Positions 37,949 through 48,538 are shown, numbered from the stretch's first letter. The stretch: 64,000 bases of DNA from Tepidisphaerales bacterium (GCA_038226785.1 JBBRQG010000003.1:196583-260582), one strand, 5' to 3'. The notes: generated from the sequence alone by a model not told the origin. Translations and numbers: made by a program.

Positions 37949-39349
37949 ATGCAACGCAATGCGCCTTCCATCACCGCACGACTCATCCCCTTGTTGGCCG
38001 CCATACTGCTTCCCAGCACCGCTGGCGCACAGACTGCGCTGACACCCGCACAGATCTACGCCAAAGTGGCGCCCGCCATGGTGGCAGTACAGTTCACATG
38101 GGACAGCGAACGCGGCCGACAGGACCTCGTCGGCATCGGCATCGTCTGCGATGCCGCCGGAACGATCCTGCTCCCGCTAGTCATGGCCAACCCCGGCCTG
38201 CCCGACGACCAGATGAAAGACTGGAAGGTCTACATCCCCCGCGAAGGCAAGGACCCCGACGAGGTGCCCGCCACCTTCCTCGGCCGCGACGAACGCAACG
38301 GCGTCGCCTTCGTTCGCACCACCGAAAACAAGAACCGACCCTTTGTCACCTTCACCGACCTACCGACCGATGTGGGACAGACCGTTTATTCCGTGGGCGT
38401 GCTTCCAAAAAGCGGCGGCTACCGGCCTTATCTTACCACTGCCATGATCTCCGCCCGACTCGCCGGTGAGACCCCCACCCGCCTCGTTGCCGGGCCGCTG
38501 GGTAACTTCGGCGCCATCGTCCTCAACGATCAAGCTCAGCCCATCGGCTACGTCAACGCCCAGGCCGAAGGTTCGGTGTTCCTCTCCGACCCCCGCGGCG
38601 GCCTGACATTCCTCAACAGCCCGCCCAAGTTTTTCGTCCCCACCTACGATTTCATCGGTGCTTTCAAGACCTATCCCAAACCCGGCGAGGCCACCAAGCT
38701 CCCCTGGAGCGGGATCACACGACTCAGCGGCTTGTCAAAAGACGTCGCCGAAGTCTTTGGCCTGACCGGTACCGTGGCCGCAGAAATCGGCGAGGTCATC
38801 CCAGGAACCGCAGCCGAAAAAGCTGGCCTTCGAAAGGGCATGATCATCACACAGTTCATGGGCAAGCCGCTGGACGGCGGCGATGAACCCGATGACATCG
38901 GGCCCACCCTCTCCCGGGCAATCTCCAGACTCAATGTCGGGGAAGATGTGAACTTCACCGTCATCACAGCCAAGGGTGAAGCCCCCAAAACTTTCACGGT
39001 CAAACTTGACGAACGGCCGCCAACGCCCTCAACCGCAAAGCGGTTCTTCGCCGACGACCTCGGTTTCAGCGTCCGTGATTCCGTCTTTGTCGATACATAT
39101 CGCCGCAAGCTGGCTGCCGATGCCAAGGGTCTGGTCGTGGTCTTCATTCGCGAACAGTCCGCAGCCGCCGCTGCAAAGCTGGCCCCAAACGACATGATCA
39201 CCGAAATGAATGGCCAGCCCGTCACCACTGCAGAAACCTTTAAGACCGCCTACGAAGCTGCCCGAAAGGCCAAGCCCAAAGAGGCCGTTGTGATCCAGGT
39301 CCTACGCGAGGGAGCCACCGAGGTCATCCGCATTGAACCCCCGCAATAA
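37949..39349 (+). CDS. HtrA-like periplasmic protein with PDZ domains, predicted catalytically inactive (pseudoprotease)
   Basis: Signal peptide; trypsin-fold-like N domain but His position lacks H (LPLVMAN) and Ser motif is GPLGNFGAIV instead of GNSGG; two PDZ-like domains (GLRKGMIITQFMGKPL; APNDMITEMNGQPV). Confidence 0.6.
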   Translation: MQRNAPSITARLIPLLAAILLPSTAGAQTALTPAQIYAKVAPAMVAVQFTWDSERGRQDLVGIGIVCDAAGTILLPLVMANPGLPDDQMKDWKVYIPREGKDPDEVPATFLGRDERNGVAFVRTTENKNRPFVTFTDLPTDVGQTVYSVGVLPKSGGYRPYLTTAMISARLAGETPTRLVAGPLGNFGAIVLNDQAQPIGYVNAQAEGSVFLSDPRGGLTFLNSPPKFFVPTYDFIGAFKTYPKPGEATKLPWSGITRLSGLSKDVAEVFGLTGTVAAEIGEVIPGTAAEKAGLRKGMIITQFMGKPLDGGDEPDDIGPTLSRAISRLNVGEDVNFTVITAKGEAPKTFTVKLDERPPTPSTAKRFFADDLGFSVRDSVFVDTYRRKLAADAKGLVVVFIREQSAAAAAKLAPNDMITEMNGQPVTTAETFKTAYEAARKAKPKEAVVIQVLREGATEVIRIEPPQ

Positions 39350-39448
39350 CACCAGAAGAGCCATTTTTCCTGATAACCCGCCGCACGTCCGATACCTGCT
39401 GGCCGCCTTGCGGGGGTTCAATAATGAGGTAACATCTAAGGCCCCCAC

Positions 39449-39521
39449 GGGCGGATAGCTCAGCTGGTAGAGCAATGGATTGAAAATCCATGTGTCGCCG
39501 GTTCGATCCCGGCTCCGCCCA
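39449..39521 (+). tRNA. tRNA-Phe (anticodon GAA)
   Basis: GGGCGGATAGCTCAGCTGGTAGAGCAATGGATTGAAAATCCATGTGTCGCCGGTTCGATCCCGGCTCCGCCCA folds as cloverleaf; anticodon loop TTGAAAA; no encoded CCA. Confidence 0.85.
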
Positions 39522-39529
39522 GTACCCTC

Positions 39530-39560
39530 AAACCCCCGGATTTTCCGGGGGTTTGTTGCG
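39530..39560 (+). terminator. rho-independent terminator hairpin downstream of tRNA-Phe
   Basis: AAACCCCCGG-ATTTT-CCGGGGGTTT perfect 10-bp stem followed by T-rich tract (GTTGCGTTTT). Confidence 0.55.
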
Positions 39561-40898
39561 TTTTCCGGGCCAAAGTCCCGCTGCATTACACCTGCCCAAA
39601 CCTGCCCTGAACTGGACTACATCGACCTAACCAATCCGACCCTGCCACATAGATACCGCGTAGAACCATGCCGGCACATCCCCGCGAGTCTGGCCGCCCC
39701 CACGATCGGCGAGTTTGGGTTCTAGCGGTGGTACTGCGGCGCGATGCGTCACGTGTGAGGGAAGCGTGTGCCACTCGACCAGGTCGAAGCCCGTTCGCGC
39801 GAGTTGCAAAACGCCATCGATGCTGCGGCCGATGAGGATCATCGTCCGGTGTTGGATCGCCCTGAGCCTCAATGCCGCCCTCGACAACGCCGACATCGAC
39901 CACCGAACGTGGGACGAACTTGATAGAAACGCGCGACCCCGGGCCAGTCAATGTCGAACATGCCAACCGGATAGTTCTGACTCCCACCGGCCTCCCCCTT
40001 CAGCGGCCGGGCATCCACTACGTGAACATGATCTTCTGCTGGCTGATTCTGAAAGCGGGCCCGCGGACCACCGTGGTCAACGTCGCCCCCCGTGGCTTCG
40101 ACACCGAGCTGGATATCATCATGGGTCATTCGGGGGGTTCCGTTCGAGTGGAGCATGACCTTGAAACAACTGGGGACAAGTACCCCAAGAAACCCGTTGC
40201 AGCCGTCTTGAAGGCTTCGGGGGTTGCCGACCTTTTCCGTTAACCGACGTCAGCCGCTGCTGTGATGTCTTTAGGCATGTGTCTGTCCTTGGTCCGTGAA
40301 CCACAAACATTCCGTCGATCGCGCCGCCACGTCGGCATCCCGCCAGTACGGTACCTGAGTGCGTCACGGGCTAATGCCTGCTGGGTACGCTCGGTTAAAT
40401 CAGCGGCCGTAGCCTCATCTGACATCACCGAAATCTTGTTCACGACCCGTTTGGGCCACGCCCGCAGCCGATCGTCATTTAGGTCCCTCGGTCCATGGCG
40501 TGAAGTCGGACGAACACTGTGTGCTGGTCATGGAAGACGCCAGTGCTAAGGCTTGTCCTCCTCGGCCTGCTACCGGAGCAGCGAACTGGCAATGCCACAG
40601 CAGATCAAGATGCTGCTGATGCCATCGTCCTCGCCAGAGTTGAACAGTTAGAGTGCCTCTTGCACTCCCTTCGGAGCCACGAAGTCAGCAGCCGAGGCAT
40701 CGAGGAACTCTAGTCAGCCGGAACAAACGCGAACGGTAAACTCACCCCGGAAACACCCTAAACGGTCTGTTCAGACCCCTACATAGGAAGTTCTCGGCAT
40801 GCACTGACCAAAAAAGGCTTCGAGACCAACTCATAACTCCCCGGTTTCAAACTGATCCGCTACACTGGGTACTCTTCGCTTACCGTTGCGCAGGAAGG

Positions 40899-41711
40899 TC
40901 ACCGACGGAAACTTGATGGCGAGACCCCGATCTCCCGTTTGAATGCCGTACTGAATGCGAACGCGTTATCGTAGCCGACGTGACGGGCCACGACGTCGAT
41001 TTTGTCCTCGCTGGAGACTAACAGCTCTGCGGCGCGTCGTAATCGCAAGTACGCCAGTTGCCGCAGCGGACTCCGACCGAAACGCGCGTTGCATAGCCGC
41101 CGCAAGTGTTCCGGGCTCATGTGGGCGCGCTCGGCCATCTCTGTGAGCGTCCAAGGATAAATCAAATCAGCGCTCACGAGTTCCCAGAGATGGTTCAGCC
41201 GGGCGTCGCGAAGGGGGAGGCCAAGTGTGCGGCGAGCGGCCACGTCCAGCAGATGCGACCACGATGAGAGAACGGCAGGGTCGGCCGACCCGTGGAATTC
41301 TCGATAGAGACCGACTACAGCAGATTCAAGCGACTGTGGGTCAACAAGTTTGATGGATGGCGGCTGGGCGAAGGAGATGCTGTTCGGCCAGTAGTGCACC
41401 CAGACCACGTACCACACTTTGCCGGGGACAGCGCGATAGGCATGGGGGGCATTGGCTGGGGTAATGTAGGCCTGGCCGGGACCGCAGGGAGTCCAGCGGC
41501 CCTCGACCATGACTTCACCTTCGCCGCTGACGCAAACGAGAATGTAGATGAAGTTGGGACTGGTTCGTGAGAAGTGAAAGCCCAGTCGTCCCTCAAAGAT
41601 GCCGGTAAGCGGGATGTCATACGGCGCCAGGGACCGGCAGACGCCAGCCCGGATGATGCGCTCGGTGGTGTCCGGGCCGATGTCGAGAATATCGACCTGC
41701 TTTGCAGCCAT
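40899..41711 (-). CDS. AraC-family transcriptional regulator (cupin sensor + AraC HTH)
   Basis: N-terminal cupin-like domain, C-terminal AraC HTH (LTEMAERAHMSPEHLRRLCNARFGRSPLRQL...HVGYDNAFAFSTAFKREIGVSP); last gene of the minus-strand glycan locus. Confidence 0.85.
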   Translation of the reverse strand: MAAKQVDILDIGPDTTERIIRAGVCRSLAPYDIPLTGIFEGRLGFHFSRTSPNFIYILVCVSGEGEVMVEGRWTPCGPGQAYITPANAPHAYRAVPGKVWYVVWVHYWPNSISFAQPPSIKLVDPQSLESAVVGLYREFHGSADPAVLSSWSHLLDVAARRTLGLPLRDARLNHLWELVSADLIYPWTLTEMAERAHMSPEHLRRLCNARFGRSPLRQLAYLRLRRAAELLVSSEDKIDVVARHVGYDNAFAFSTAFKREIGVSPSSFRR

Positions 41712-41717
41712 AAGGGT

Positions 41718-43913
41718 CTACCAAGTGACCTTGAAGGTGTGGCCGGACGCTCGATTGCTGAAACGGATACGCAGGAGGCCGGCATTCCAGTCGAGTTTCG
41801 GGGCCGGACACTCTTGATCGTCGATCAGGACTGAACTGGGCCGGTGCACGAGACGAAGGCATATCACCCCGGGACTGCCTTCGACGCCGTCGGCTGTGAA
41901 GCCGATAGAAGTTGAAACGCGCTGTTCGTTCGTGATTCGGCACGCGGCTGCGATAACGCCTGTCGAGCGTATGGCATCCAAGTCGAGCAAAAGCATCCGG
42001 TCCGCTGGCTTGATGTGGACAGTGGTAACCGTGGCCAAGTTCGGGTCAAAAAGGGAGATGAAGTGTCCTTGCAGTGAAAACGCGCTGGCACCAGGCACGG
42101 CCTTTTCCAGACCAGCACAGACGATATAGGGACCACGACGAAGGACGAGGGCACTGGATTCCGTCCACGGCAGGCCGACAGCCTTCATGGAGGACGAGGC
42201 GGCCTGACGTACGACGTCGGCGCCTCTTTGATCGCGGCTGAGCCGGGTCGGCGACTCCGGGAGATAACAAACGGTGCCACGGCCGACGTGATCGAGGCCG
42301 GTCGCATCGGGTGCCAACCCGAGCTGGCTAAACAGGTGATGGCGCGGGGTTTCAAAATGGAGGTCACCAGTGTTCCACCATTCTCGCACGTTTCGGAACG
42401 GGTCTTTATCGTCATCGACAACGACGAGAGCGCCGCCGGCATGGACCCACTTCACCAGATCGGCGTGCAGTTTCGGGCTTGGTGGTTTTTGGCCCTCGTA
42501 GGAGAGGAGAAGAACTTTGTACGGGGTCAGGTCGGCGGTTTCGATCTGAACGGGTTCGACGGGCATTCCGCGCATGAGGAGCGGCAATGCGAGGCCATAG
42601 AAATGCCCGAGATCATGGTCGGCTGAGTTTGGGCCGAACTGCTGGAACATCAACGTGTCGGAGACAAGCACCCCGACACCGTGCGTGCCCGAGGCGAGCC
42701 ACTGCACCGATGCCTGCGGTTGGTTCATATCTCCCAGCGCCGTGATCACAGACTGCAGCTCGGCCTCGTATTCGGGTGGAATCGGGATGCGAGGTGTCTT
42801 GGCCTTGACTGGCTGAGTGGCCGGATATAGGCCATCAAAAATACGGTGGGGCCAGGGCATGATCTCGTAGCGGGAAATCTCCGGCTGGAGCAGGGAGGCG
42901 ATCAGCGTACTTTCCCAATTCGTGCGGTAATCGTCCCAGGAATGGTCGGGATTGTCCTCGATGGGATCGTTGAGAAACCACATCTTGCGGCCACTGGCAC
43001 GGACGAGGTTCTGCATGACTCCGTATTCCAGAAAGGCGGTCTCAAAGGTGCGCTCTTTCTTTGTGCCTTCGTAGCTGTTTGGCGTACGGGCGGTGCCTGT
43101 CCAGACTTGGGCGATGTATCCGTCGCACCCAACACTCAGCAGCGAAGATTCGGGGCTACAAATGCCCCATGAAGCGTAGTTGATCAGTGAGTGCGTCGGG
43201 ACGTAGCAAGGGATTTTCCGGCCGTGCGTGATGCCGTAGTCGCGGACAAAGTCGAAGACCTGACTCAGGGTACGGCGATAGAGGTAATACTTAAGCTTGG
43301 AGGCGCGATACTGGGCATCAGGCGACGAGTCGGGCGCTGCCCACGGTTCGCCGTAGTACGACTGCCACTCACGCTTAAAGCCATCTGACCACCCGCCACG
43401 GACCCAGAACTCCGGCTCTTCAAGGTAGATGGCTTCAGCGCCCGCATCCAGGGCGCGCTTCACACCGGCACAGAGAAAACGGCCATAACTTTCGCTGGGG
43501 GACATGTAGTAAACGTCGCCGCCGTGGCCGATCCGATGGCCATTACTTTCGGTTTGCACTTCATCGAGATGACGTATTCCGTCCCAACGGCCGTAGAGGT
43601 AGTCCTGATACTCACCCCACGCCACACCGGTCATGACCTGCGGCCGGTAACCTTTCTCGCGCCAGGATTGGAGCCGCTCGGGGAGAGTTTTATCGATGCC
43701 GTAGACCATGGCCAGGTCTGCGTTCAGGTTGACTCGCGGTGTCCAGGCGTCCTGAGCCTGAAAGGAAAGACGATCGCTGTCTGCGGACCGCGGAATATTT
43801 ACAGTTGTGCGGGCCTGACGATTCGATGAACAGCCGACAGTGAGGCTGACCGCCGTGAGACACACGGCGGTCAACCTGAGGAGCGAAAGTGAATGGATGG
43901 AGCGTGTCGTCAT
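41718..43913 (-). CDS. hypothetical lipoprotein, possible glycoside hydrolase (family not recognised)
   Basis: Lipobox LTVGCSS after the internal Met at 43913 (track start 43976 would overlap the upstream gene by 56 nt); ~730 aa, Trp/Tyr-rich with acidic motifs (YLEEPEFW) as in TIM-barrel GHs; no family assigned. Confidence 0.45.
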   Translation of the reverse strand: MTTRSIHSLSLLRLTAVCLTAVSLTVGCSSNRQARTTVNIPRSADSDRLSFQAQDAWTPRVNLNADLAMVYGIDKTLPERLQSWREKGYRPQVMTGVAWGEYQDYLYGRWDGIRHLDEVQTESNGHRIGHGGDVYYMSPSESYGRFLCAGVKRALDAGAEAIYLEEPEFWVRGGWSDGFKREWQSYYGEPWAAPDSSPDAQYRASKLKYYLYRRTLSQVFDFVRDYGITHGRKIPCYVPTHSLINYASWGICSPESSLLSVGCDGYIAQVWTGTARTPNSYEGTKKERTFETAFLEYGVMQNLVRASGRKMWFLNDPIEDNPDHSWDDYRTNWESTLIASLLQPEISRYEIMPWPHRIFDGLYPATQPVKAKTPRIPIPPEYEAELQSVITALGDMNQPQASVQWLASGTHGVGVLVSDTLMFQQFGPNSADHDLGHFYGLALPLLMRGMPVEPVQIETADLTPYKVLLLSYEGQKPPSPKLHADLVKWVHAGGALVVVDDDKDPFRNVREWWNTGDLHFETPRHHLFSQLGLAPDATGLDHVGRGTVCYLPESPTRLSRDQRGADVVRQAASSSMKAVGLPWTESSALVLRRGPYIVCAGLEKAVPGASAFSLQGHFISLFDPNLATVTTVHIKPADRMLLLDLDAIRSTGVIAAACRITNEQRVSTSIGFTADGVEGSPGVICLRLVHRPSSVLIDDQECPAPKLDWNAGLLRIRFSNRASGHTFKVTW

Positions 43914-43920
43914 CAGAGGA

Positions 43921-46509
43921 CTACTTCTTTTCCTGCGGCATGAGTTCAACGATACCCACGTCCACATACTGGCCACCGATCGTCTGGCGGCACCGCACGG
44001 CCAACGTGTTGATTCCGGGCTTTAACGTGGCCAGTGCTGACTTGGCAATGGGGGCCGTGTTGTAGTCAGCGGTGAAACCTGCTGCGTGGTAGGCGAGTAC
44101 ACCGTTGATAAAGACTTCGACATCTTCATCGTGGTGAACCATAAGCCGGGCATTGGTCAACGCTGCTTCCGGTAGCGTGAACTCGCGGCGCAGGTAAATG
44201 TGCTCCGAGTTCCATGCGGTTCCAACGTGCGCGCCGGGGGTGCCTTCGCTGCCGAAGCCGGCTTTGCCCTGTTTCCATGCCTTGTCATTGAAATCGGTGC
44301 GGGTCCAATCTGCCGGGGGCTGGGCGGTGGTGTAGCGCCAGATGGCGGCCTCTGTCTGTGCGGTGGGGATCACGACGCGTACCTCCGGGGTCATGAAATT
44401 GGTGGCAGCCCAACCCGCAAGGGTGGTTTTGTCACGGGACGAATACTTCTTCCAAAGGTCTTTATCCTTAAGAAACGGAATGAACAGGCCGCCGACAACC
44501 GAGCGGGCCTGAAAGCCGGATTTTTTGGCGCTGACAGTCTCGTACCAGTCACTGAGCGGTACACGATCAGGCGTCTGATTTGCCCAAAGCGCGCAGGCGT
44601 CGACAATGCGCTGGAAGTCGGCGTGTTTGTCGGCCATGGTCGCGGTCCAGAGTTCCCAGTCGATCTTGGTGTATTCCCGGCGGGAATCGAGCGGGAGGCC
44701 GAACTTGTTCATCTTTTTCATGTAGAAGGCCATCTCCTTCTCTGCGACTTCGGGCGGGAAGATTCCGAGGTCCAGCAGTTGATCCCAGACGAGGTTGTAC
44801 TTCTGACTCCATGTTCCGTTGCCCGCATCGCCAAATACCAGCTTGAAATGGTCGTCGTACTGACCAAGGGCAATCCATTTTAAGGCGTACTCTTTTGCCG
44901 TCGCACGGGCTTTGGCCGCCTCGTCCTTTTGGCCGAGCATCTCTGCGAGCATGCCGTAGCCGGCAATACCCATGATGGCCTTCGCTGAAAGATTCGCGTT
45001 GCGCGCAATATGGCCCGCGAAATCGTCGGTACAAAGCTGGTTCTCGGGGTCTAGTCCCTTGGCGACCAGATACTCGTTCCATGTCTTCAGCACTGGCCAA
45101 TACTTGCGGGAAAATTCGGCATTCCCTTCCGCCTTGGCAAGTCCGGCCAGCAGAATCAGCATGTTCCCGGTTTCTTCGACGGGCATGGGGCTCTGCGTTC
45201 CGTCGCCGTACACCTGCCCGGTGGCGTGGGGATACGTGCCCAAATCGTGCGGGGCAGCGTTGGCGGTCCAGCGGGGGCTGGCGGAATAGTCCATCAACGG
45301 GACGAGTGATGCTTTAAGCAGGTTGGGCGAAAAGACCATCATTTGCGGCGCGGCGGGATAGAGCACATCGACTGTCGCGATGCAGCCGTTGGAGAAGTTT
45401 TCTTTCGAAAAACTGAGCGGCTGGCCATTGGCGTCGGCACAGATTTTTTGTGCGGCCAGCGCTTGGCGCCACGCCAGCACGCCGAGCTGCACGTAAGAGT
45501 CGCCGCCGATTTTGTGCAGATCTGCGATGAGCTCCGTATCGAAAGCCTCGCAACGCTGGTTGAGGGATTCGTATTGCTTTTCTGCGGTCTGGAGAAGATC
45601 TGCGGCAGTGGCTCCGTCTTTGCGCCAGTATGGGCGAAGGTCGTCATTGAAGTAACGGATGGAGTACTCATCGTCGTAGGCGAGAATCGCATGCCTTGAC
45701 ACGGGTTCGGCATTGACCTGGCCGAGCGACATGATGACAGCCATCGCGGGTGTGTGGGCTGCAGTAGCCTGAGCGCTGGGCGCGGCGCTGTCGCTGGCAG
45801 CGAGCGGCGCCCCGGAGGCGAACGTGGTCCTTGCCGACGGGGCCAGCGACAACTGCGAGCTGGCATCGGTGGCGAGATAGAAGTGACCCCAGTCGATCCG
45901 CAGGTCGTCACCGCGAATCGCAAGGACCGCTTGATCGATGGACCCAACTCGCGCGGCCAACAGGCCCGGCACCGTAACCGGTTCGAGCTTGACGGCCTGA
46001 TCAGGCGTGTTCACGGCGAGCTCGGCGGCAGCATCAAGATAGACGGAGATCTCATGGGGTTTGGCATCGGTCGAGTGGGCCGTCCATGTGATGTAGGAGA
46101 CCGGCCGGGAACAGACGACCAAGTCATCTGGTAACAGGGGGGTCATAAAGGTGAGTTGAATCTGAGCGCCCGGCCCCTCGAACGTGTAAATCGAGCGGGT
46201 GGGGGTGACGTTCAGGCTGACTTGCCGAAGTGCAGGAACATTGGCCGGAGCGTCACCCATCACTCTGAACGTCTGACCATCTATCCGGACCAAGGACGTA
46301 AGACGATGCGGGTGACCGGTCCAGTGGTGAGTGGGCGACGCCGTAAGCAGGTCGCTGTTAGACCAGATGCTGAAATAGGGATCACACGTGACCAGGGGAA
46401 CGGCGGGCGGCCGGAACCGTATTCCGTCCTGCTTGTCCTCGGCGAAAGCCATGTGGCTTGACAGCAAAGATGGGATCAGTGCGACCGCGAGTTTGAGATT
46501 CGTTTTCAT
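43921..46509 (-). CDS. glutaminase A-like putative glycoside hydrolase (DUF4964/DUF5127/DUF4965/DUF1793 architecture) with C-terminal galactose-binding-like domain
   Basis: Signal peptide; PAVPLVTCDPYFSIWS N-terminal motif of the glutaminase-A N-domain family; (alpha/alpha)6-like central region; C-terminal beta-sandwich. Confidence 0.6.
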   Translation of the reverse strand: MKTNLKLAVALIPSLLSSHMAFAEDKQDGIRFRPPAVPLVTCDPYFSIWSNSDLLTASPTHHWTGHPHRLTSLVRIDGQTFRVMGDAPANVPALRQVSLNVTPTRSIYTFEGPGAQIQLTFMTPLLPDDLVVCSRPVSYITWTAHSTDAKPHEISVYLDAAAELAVNTPDQAVKLEPVTVPGLLAARVGSIDQAVLAIRGDDLRIDWGHFYLATDASSQLSLAPSARTTFASGAPLAASDSAAPSAQATAAHTPAMAVIMSLGQVNAEPVSRHAILAYDDEYSIRYFNDDLRPYWRKDGATAADLLQTAEKQYESLNQRCEAFDTELIADLHKIGGDSYVQLGVLAWRQALAAQKICADANGQPLSFSKENFSNGCIATVDVLYPAAPQMMVFSPNLLKASLVPLMDYSASPRWTANAAPHDLGTYPHATGQVYGDGTQSPMPVEETGNMLILLAGLAKAEGNAEFSRKYWPVLKTWNEYLVAKGLDPENQLCTDDFAGHIARNANLSAKAIMGIAGYGMLAEMLGQKDEAAKARATAKEYALKWIALGQYDDHFKLVFGDAGNGTWSQKYNLVWDQLLDLGIFPPEVAEKEMAFYMKKMNKFGLPLDSRREYTKIDWELWTATMADKHADFQRIVDACALWANQTPDRVPLSDWYETVSAKKSGFQARSVVGGLFIPFLKDKDLWKKYSSRDKTTLAGWAATNFMTPEVRVVIPTAQTEAAIWRYTTAQPPADWTRTDFNDKAWKQGKAGFGSEGTPGAHVGTAWNSEHIYLRREFTLPEAALTNARLMVHHDEDVEVFINGVLAYHAAGFTADYNTAPIAKSALATLKPGINTLAVRCRQTIGGQYVDVGIVELMPQEKK

Positions 46510-46568
46510 ATGATTTCTTAATTGATAATGATGAGTGGACGGACTCGAGACAGTTTCGAAATGGCGGT

Positions 46569-47531
46569 CTAGTACTGACGGGTCGGCAAGGCTTCCTTGG
46601 CTTGGGATTCGTCATAGACGCCCTCTGCAACGGGCGTCCGCTTCGGAACTTTTTCGCCTTTGACGACCTTTTCGACGATGTCGAACACCTGCGGGCCGAT
46701 CAGGGGGTTGCATTCTACTGTGCAGTTAAGCTTGCCCGCGACCATCGCCTCGAAGGCGCCTTTTACCCCATCGATTGAGACAATGATGATATCTTTCCCG
46801 GGCTGAAGCCCAGCTGCTTCAATGGCCTGAATCGCACCCAGCGCCATGTCATCGTTATGGGCGTATAGCACGGTGATGGACTTACCTTCCGGGCTTTTCA
46901 AAAATGCCTCCATGACTTCCTTGCCTTTTGCACGAGTGAAGTCGCCCGTCTGCGACTTAATGATTTTCATTTCGGGATGAGCGGCAATGGCATCGGCGAA
47001 GCCTTTCTTGCGATCATTGGCGGGGGCTGAACCGGTCGTGCCTTGAAGCTCTACGATGACGGCCTTGCCATCGGTCTTCTTGACCAACCATTCGCCAGCC
47101 CGCTTGCCTTCTTCGATGAAATCGGACCCGATGAATGTCACGTAGAGCGAATCGTCACTCACCTTCGCGCGACGGTCGGAGAGAATAACGGGAATGCCAG
47201 CGGCTTTGGCCTCGCGCAACACGGGTTCGAAGCCTGTTTCGACCACAGGCGCGAGCACGATGACATCGACTTTTTGTGCGATGAACGAGCGGACGGCCTT
47301 AATCTGGTTTTCCTGCTTTTGCTGGGCGTCTACGAACTTCAAATCGATACCACGCTTTTCGGCTTCCCCGCGCATCGACTTGGTGTTAGCGGTTCGCCAG
47401 CCGGATTCCGCGCCGACCTGCGCGAAGCCGACGACCGGCTTTTTCGCCTCTTGTGCAAATGATACCGAGCACAGCGCGAGGCCGACGCCCGCAGAAATCA
47501 GAAGACGATTCAGAAAGTGGTGGCTGTTCAT
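46569..47531 (-). CDS. ABC transporter substrate-binding protein, YtfQ-like (galactofuranose/arabinofuranose-type periplasmic binding protein)
   Basis: Type I PBP fold (VGFAQVGAESGWR..VDVIVLAPV..); signal peptide from the internal Met at 47531, whose ATG overlaps the permease TGA (ATGA). Confidence 0.8.
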   Translation of the reverse strand: MNSHHFLNRLLISAGVGLALCSVSFAQEAKKPVVGFAQVGAESGWRTANTKSMRGEAEKRGIDLKFVDAQQKQENQIKAVRSFIAQKVDVIVLAPVVETGFEPVLREAKAAGIPVILSDRRAKVSDDSLYVTFIGSDFIEEGKRAGEWLVKKTDGKAVIVELQGTTGSAPANDRKKGFADAIAAHPEMKIIKSQTGDFTRAKGKEVMEAFLKSPEGKSITVLYAHNDDMALGAIQAIEAAGLQPGKDIIIVSIDGVKGAFEAMVAGKLNCTVECNPLIGPQVFDIVEKVVKGEKVPKRTPVAEGVYDESQAKEALPTRQY

Positions 47532-48538
47532 GTTTGATGGTCCCTTGGTTGAAGTAGCTTTTGAAGGAGGATAAAGACGAGAAGTAGTCCGCCCACGGCG
47601 ATACGTGCCCACCAACTACTGAGGCTTCCCTCGAAGGCGATGGCAGACTGTATGACGCCGAAGATGAGGATTCCGATGAAAGTGCCAATCGGCCCGCCCA
47701 CACCCCCGCTAAGCAGGGTGCCGCCGACCACCACGGCGGCAATGGCGTCAAGTTCGAGGCCGGCACCGGTGAGGGCATTGCCAGACGACATGAAAATAGT
47801 GGCTGCCACTCCGGCCAGCGCGGCGCAGGCGCCTGAAAATGCGTAAACGATGACCTTGGTGCGGGCGACGGGAAGGCCCATCAGCAGGGCTGATTGCTCG
47901 TTGCCGCCGATGGCGTAGACGTAGCGACCAAGCGGTGTGTAGGCGGCAGCTATAGTGGCAAGAACGAGCAGCAGCACGAACATGATCGCCACCACCGGCA
48001 GACTCGAGTGAAACGGTAGCGAGATAGACCAAGACGAGAGACTGACGTAAATCGGGTGAGATATCGCAATGGACTCGCGGGAGATCAGCAGCCCAAGGCC
48101 ACGGCAGAAAAAGAGTCCGCCCAGCGTGACCAAGAATGCGGGTAGCGCAAAGAGATGAATCAGCAGTCCGTGAAGGAGGCCGAGGCAGGTGCCGGAAAGC
48201 AGTGCAACGGCAATCGCAGCGGCGGGATGCCACGCATGCTCTTCAACCATCTTGGCGATAAACATAGACGAACAACCGATGACAGCCCCCACCGACAAAT
48301 CGATTCCGCCGAGGATGATGACGAACGTCAGACCGATGGCTGCGATGCCAAGGAAAGCATTGTCCCCCAACAGATTGATGGCTACTTGCAGATTGAAAAA
48401 GGCGGGCTGGCGATATCGCAGGCACGCTGTGACATAAAGTACTAACAGCACCATGCAAGTCGCCAAAAGGGGCAATTTCTGGCGCGACGGGATCAATGAA
48501 CGACCAAGCGATGGTTGTGGAACCGTTGCCAGAGTCAT
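47528..48538 (-). CDS. sugar ABC transporter permease (YjfF-like)
   Basis: BPD_transp_2 family, ~10 TM; start placed at the internal Met overlapping the upstream stop (ATGA); track start 48601. Confidence 0.8.
   Translation of the reverse strand: MTLATVPQPSLGRSLIPSRQKLPLLATCMVLLVLYVTACLRYRQPAFFNLQVAINLLGDNAFLGIAAIGLTFVIILGGIDLSVGAVIGCSSMFIAKMVEEHAWHPAAAIAVALLSGTCLGLLHGLLIHLFALPAFLVTLGGLFFCRGLGLLISRESIAISHPIYVSLSSWSISLPFHSSLPVVAIMFVLLLVLATIAAAYTPLGRYVYAIGGNEQSALLMGLPVARTKVIVYAFSGACAALAGVAATIFMSSGNALTGAGLELDAIAAVVVGGTLLSGGVGGPIGTFIGILIFGVIQSAIAFEGSLSSWWARIAVGGLLLVFILLQKLLQPRDHQT

Noticed and set aside
39480-39725. 81-aa TTG-start ORF overlapping tRNA-Phe and its terminator
   Set aside because: Runs through a well-folded tRNA and a terminator hairpin; spurious.
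40240-40443. 67-aa minus-strand ORF (MNKISVMSDEATAADLTERTQQALARDALRYRTGG...) in the gene-poor region
   Set aside because: GTG start without a convincing SD, A/T-ending codon usage atypical for this genome, and no recognisable domain; kept only as part of the gene-poor-region finding.
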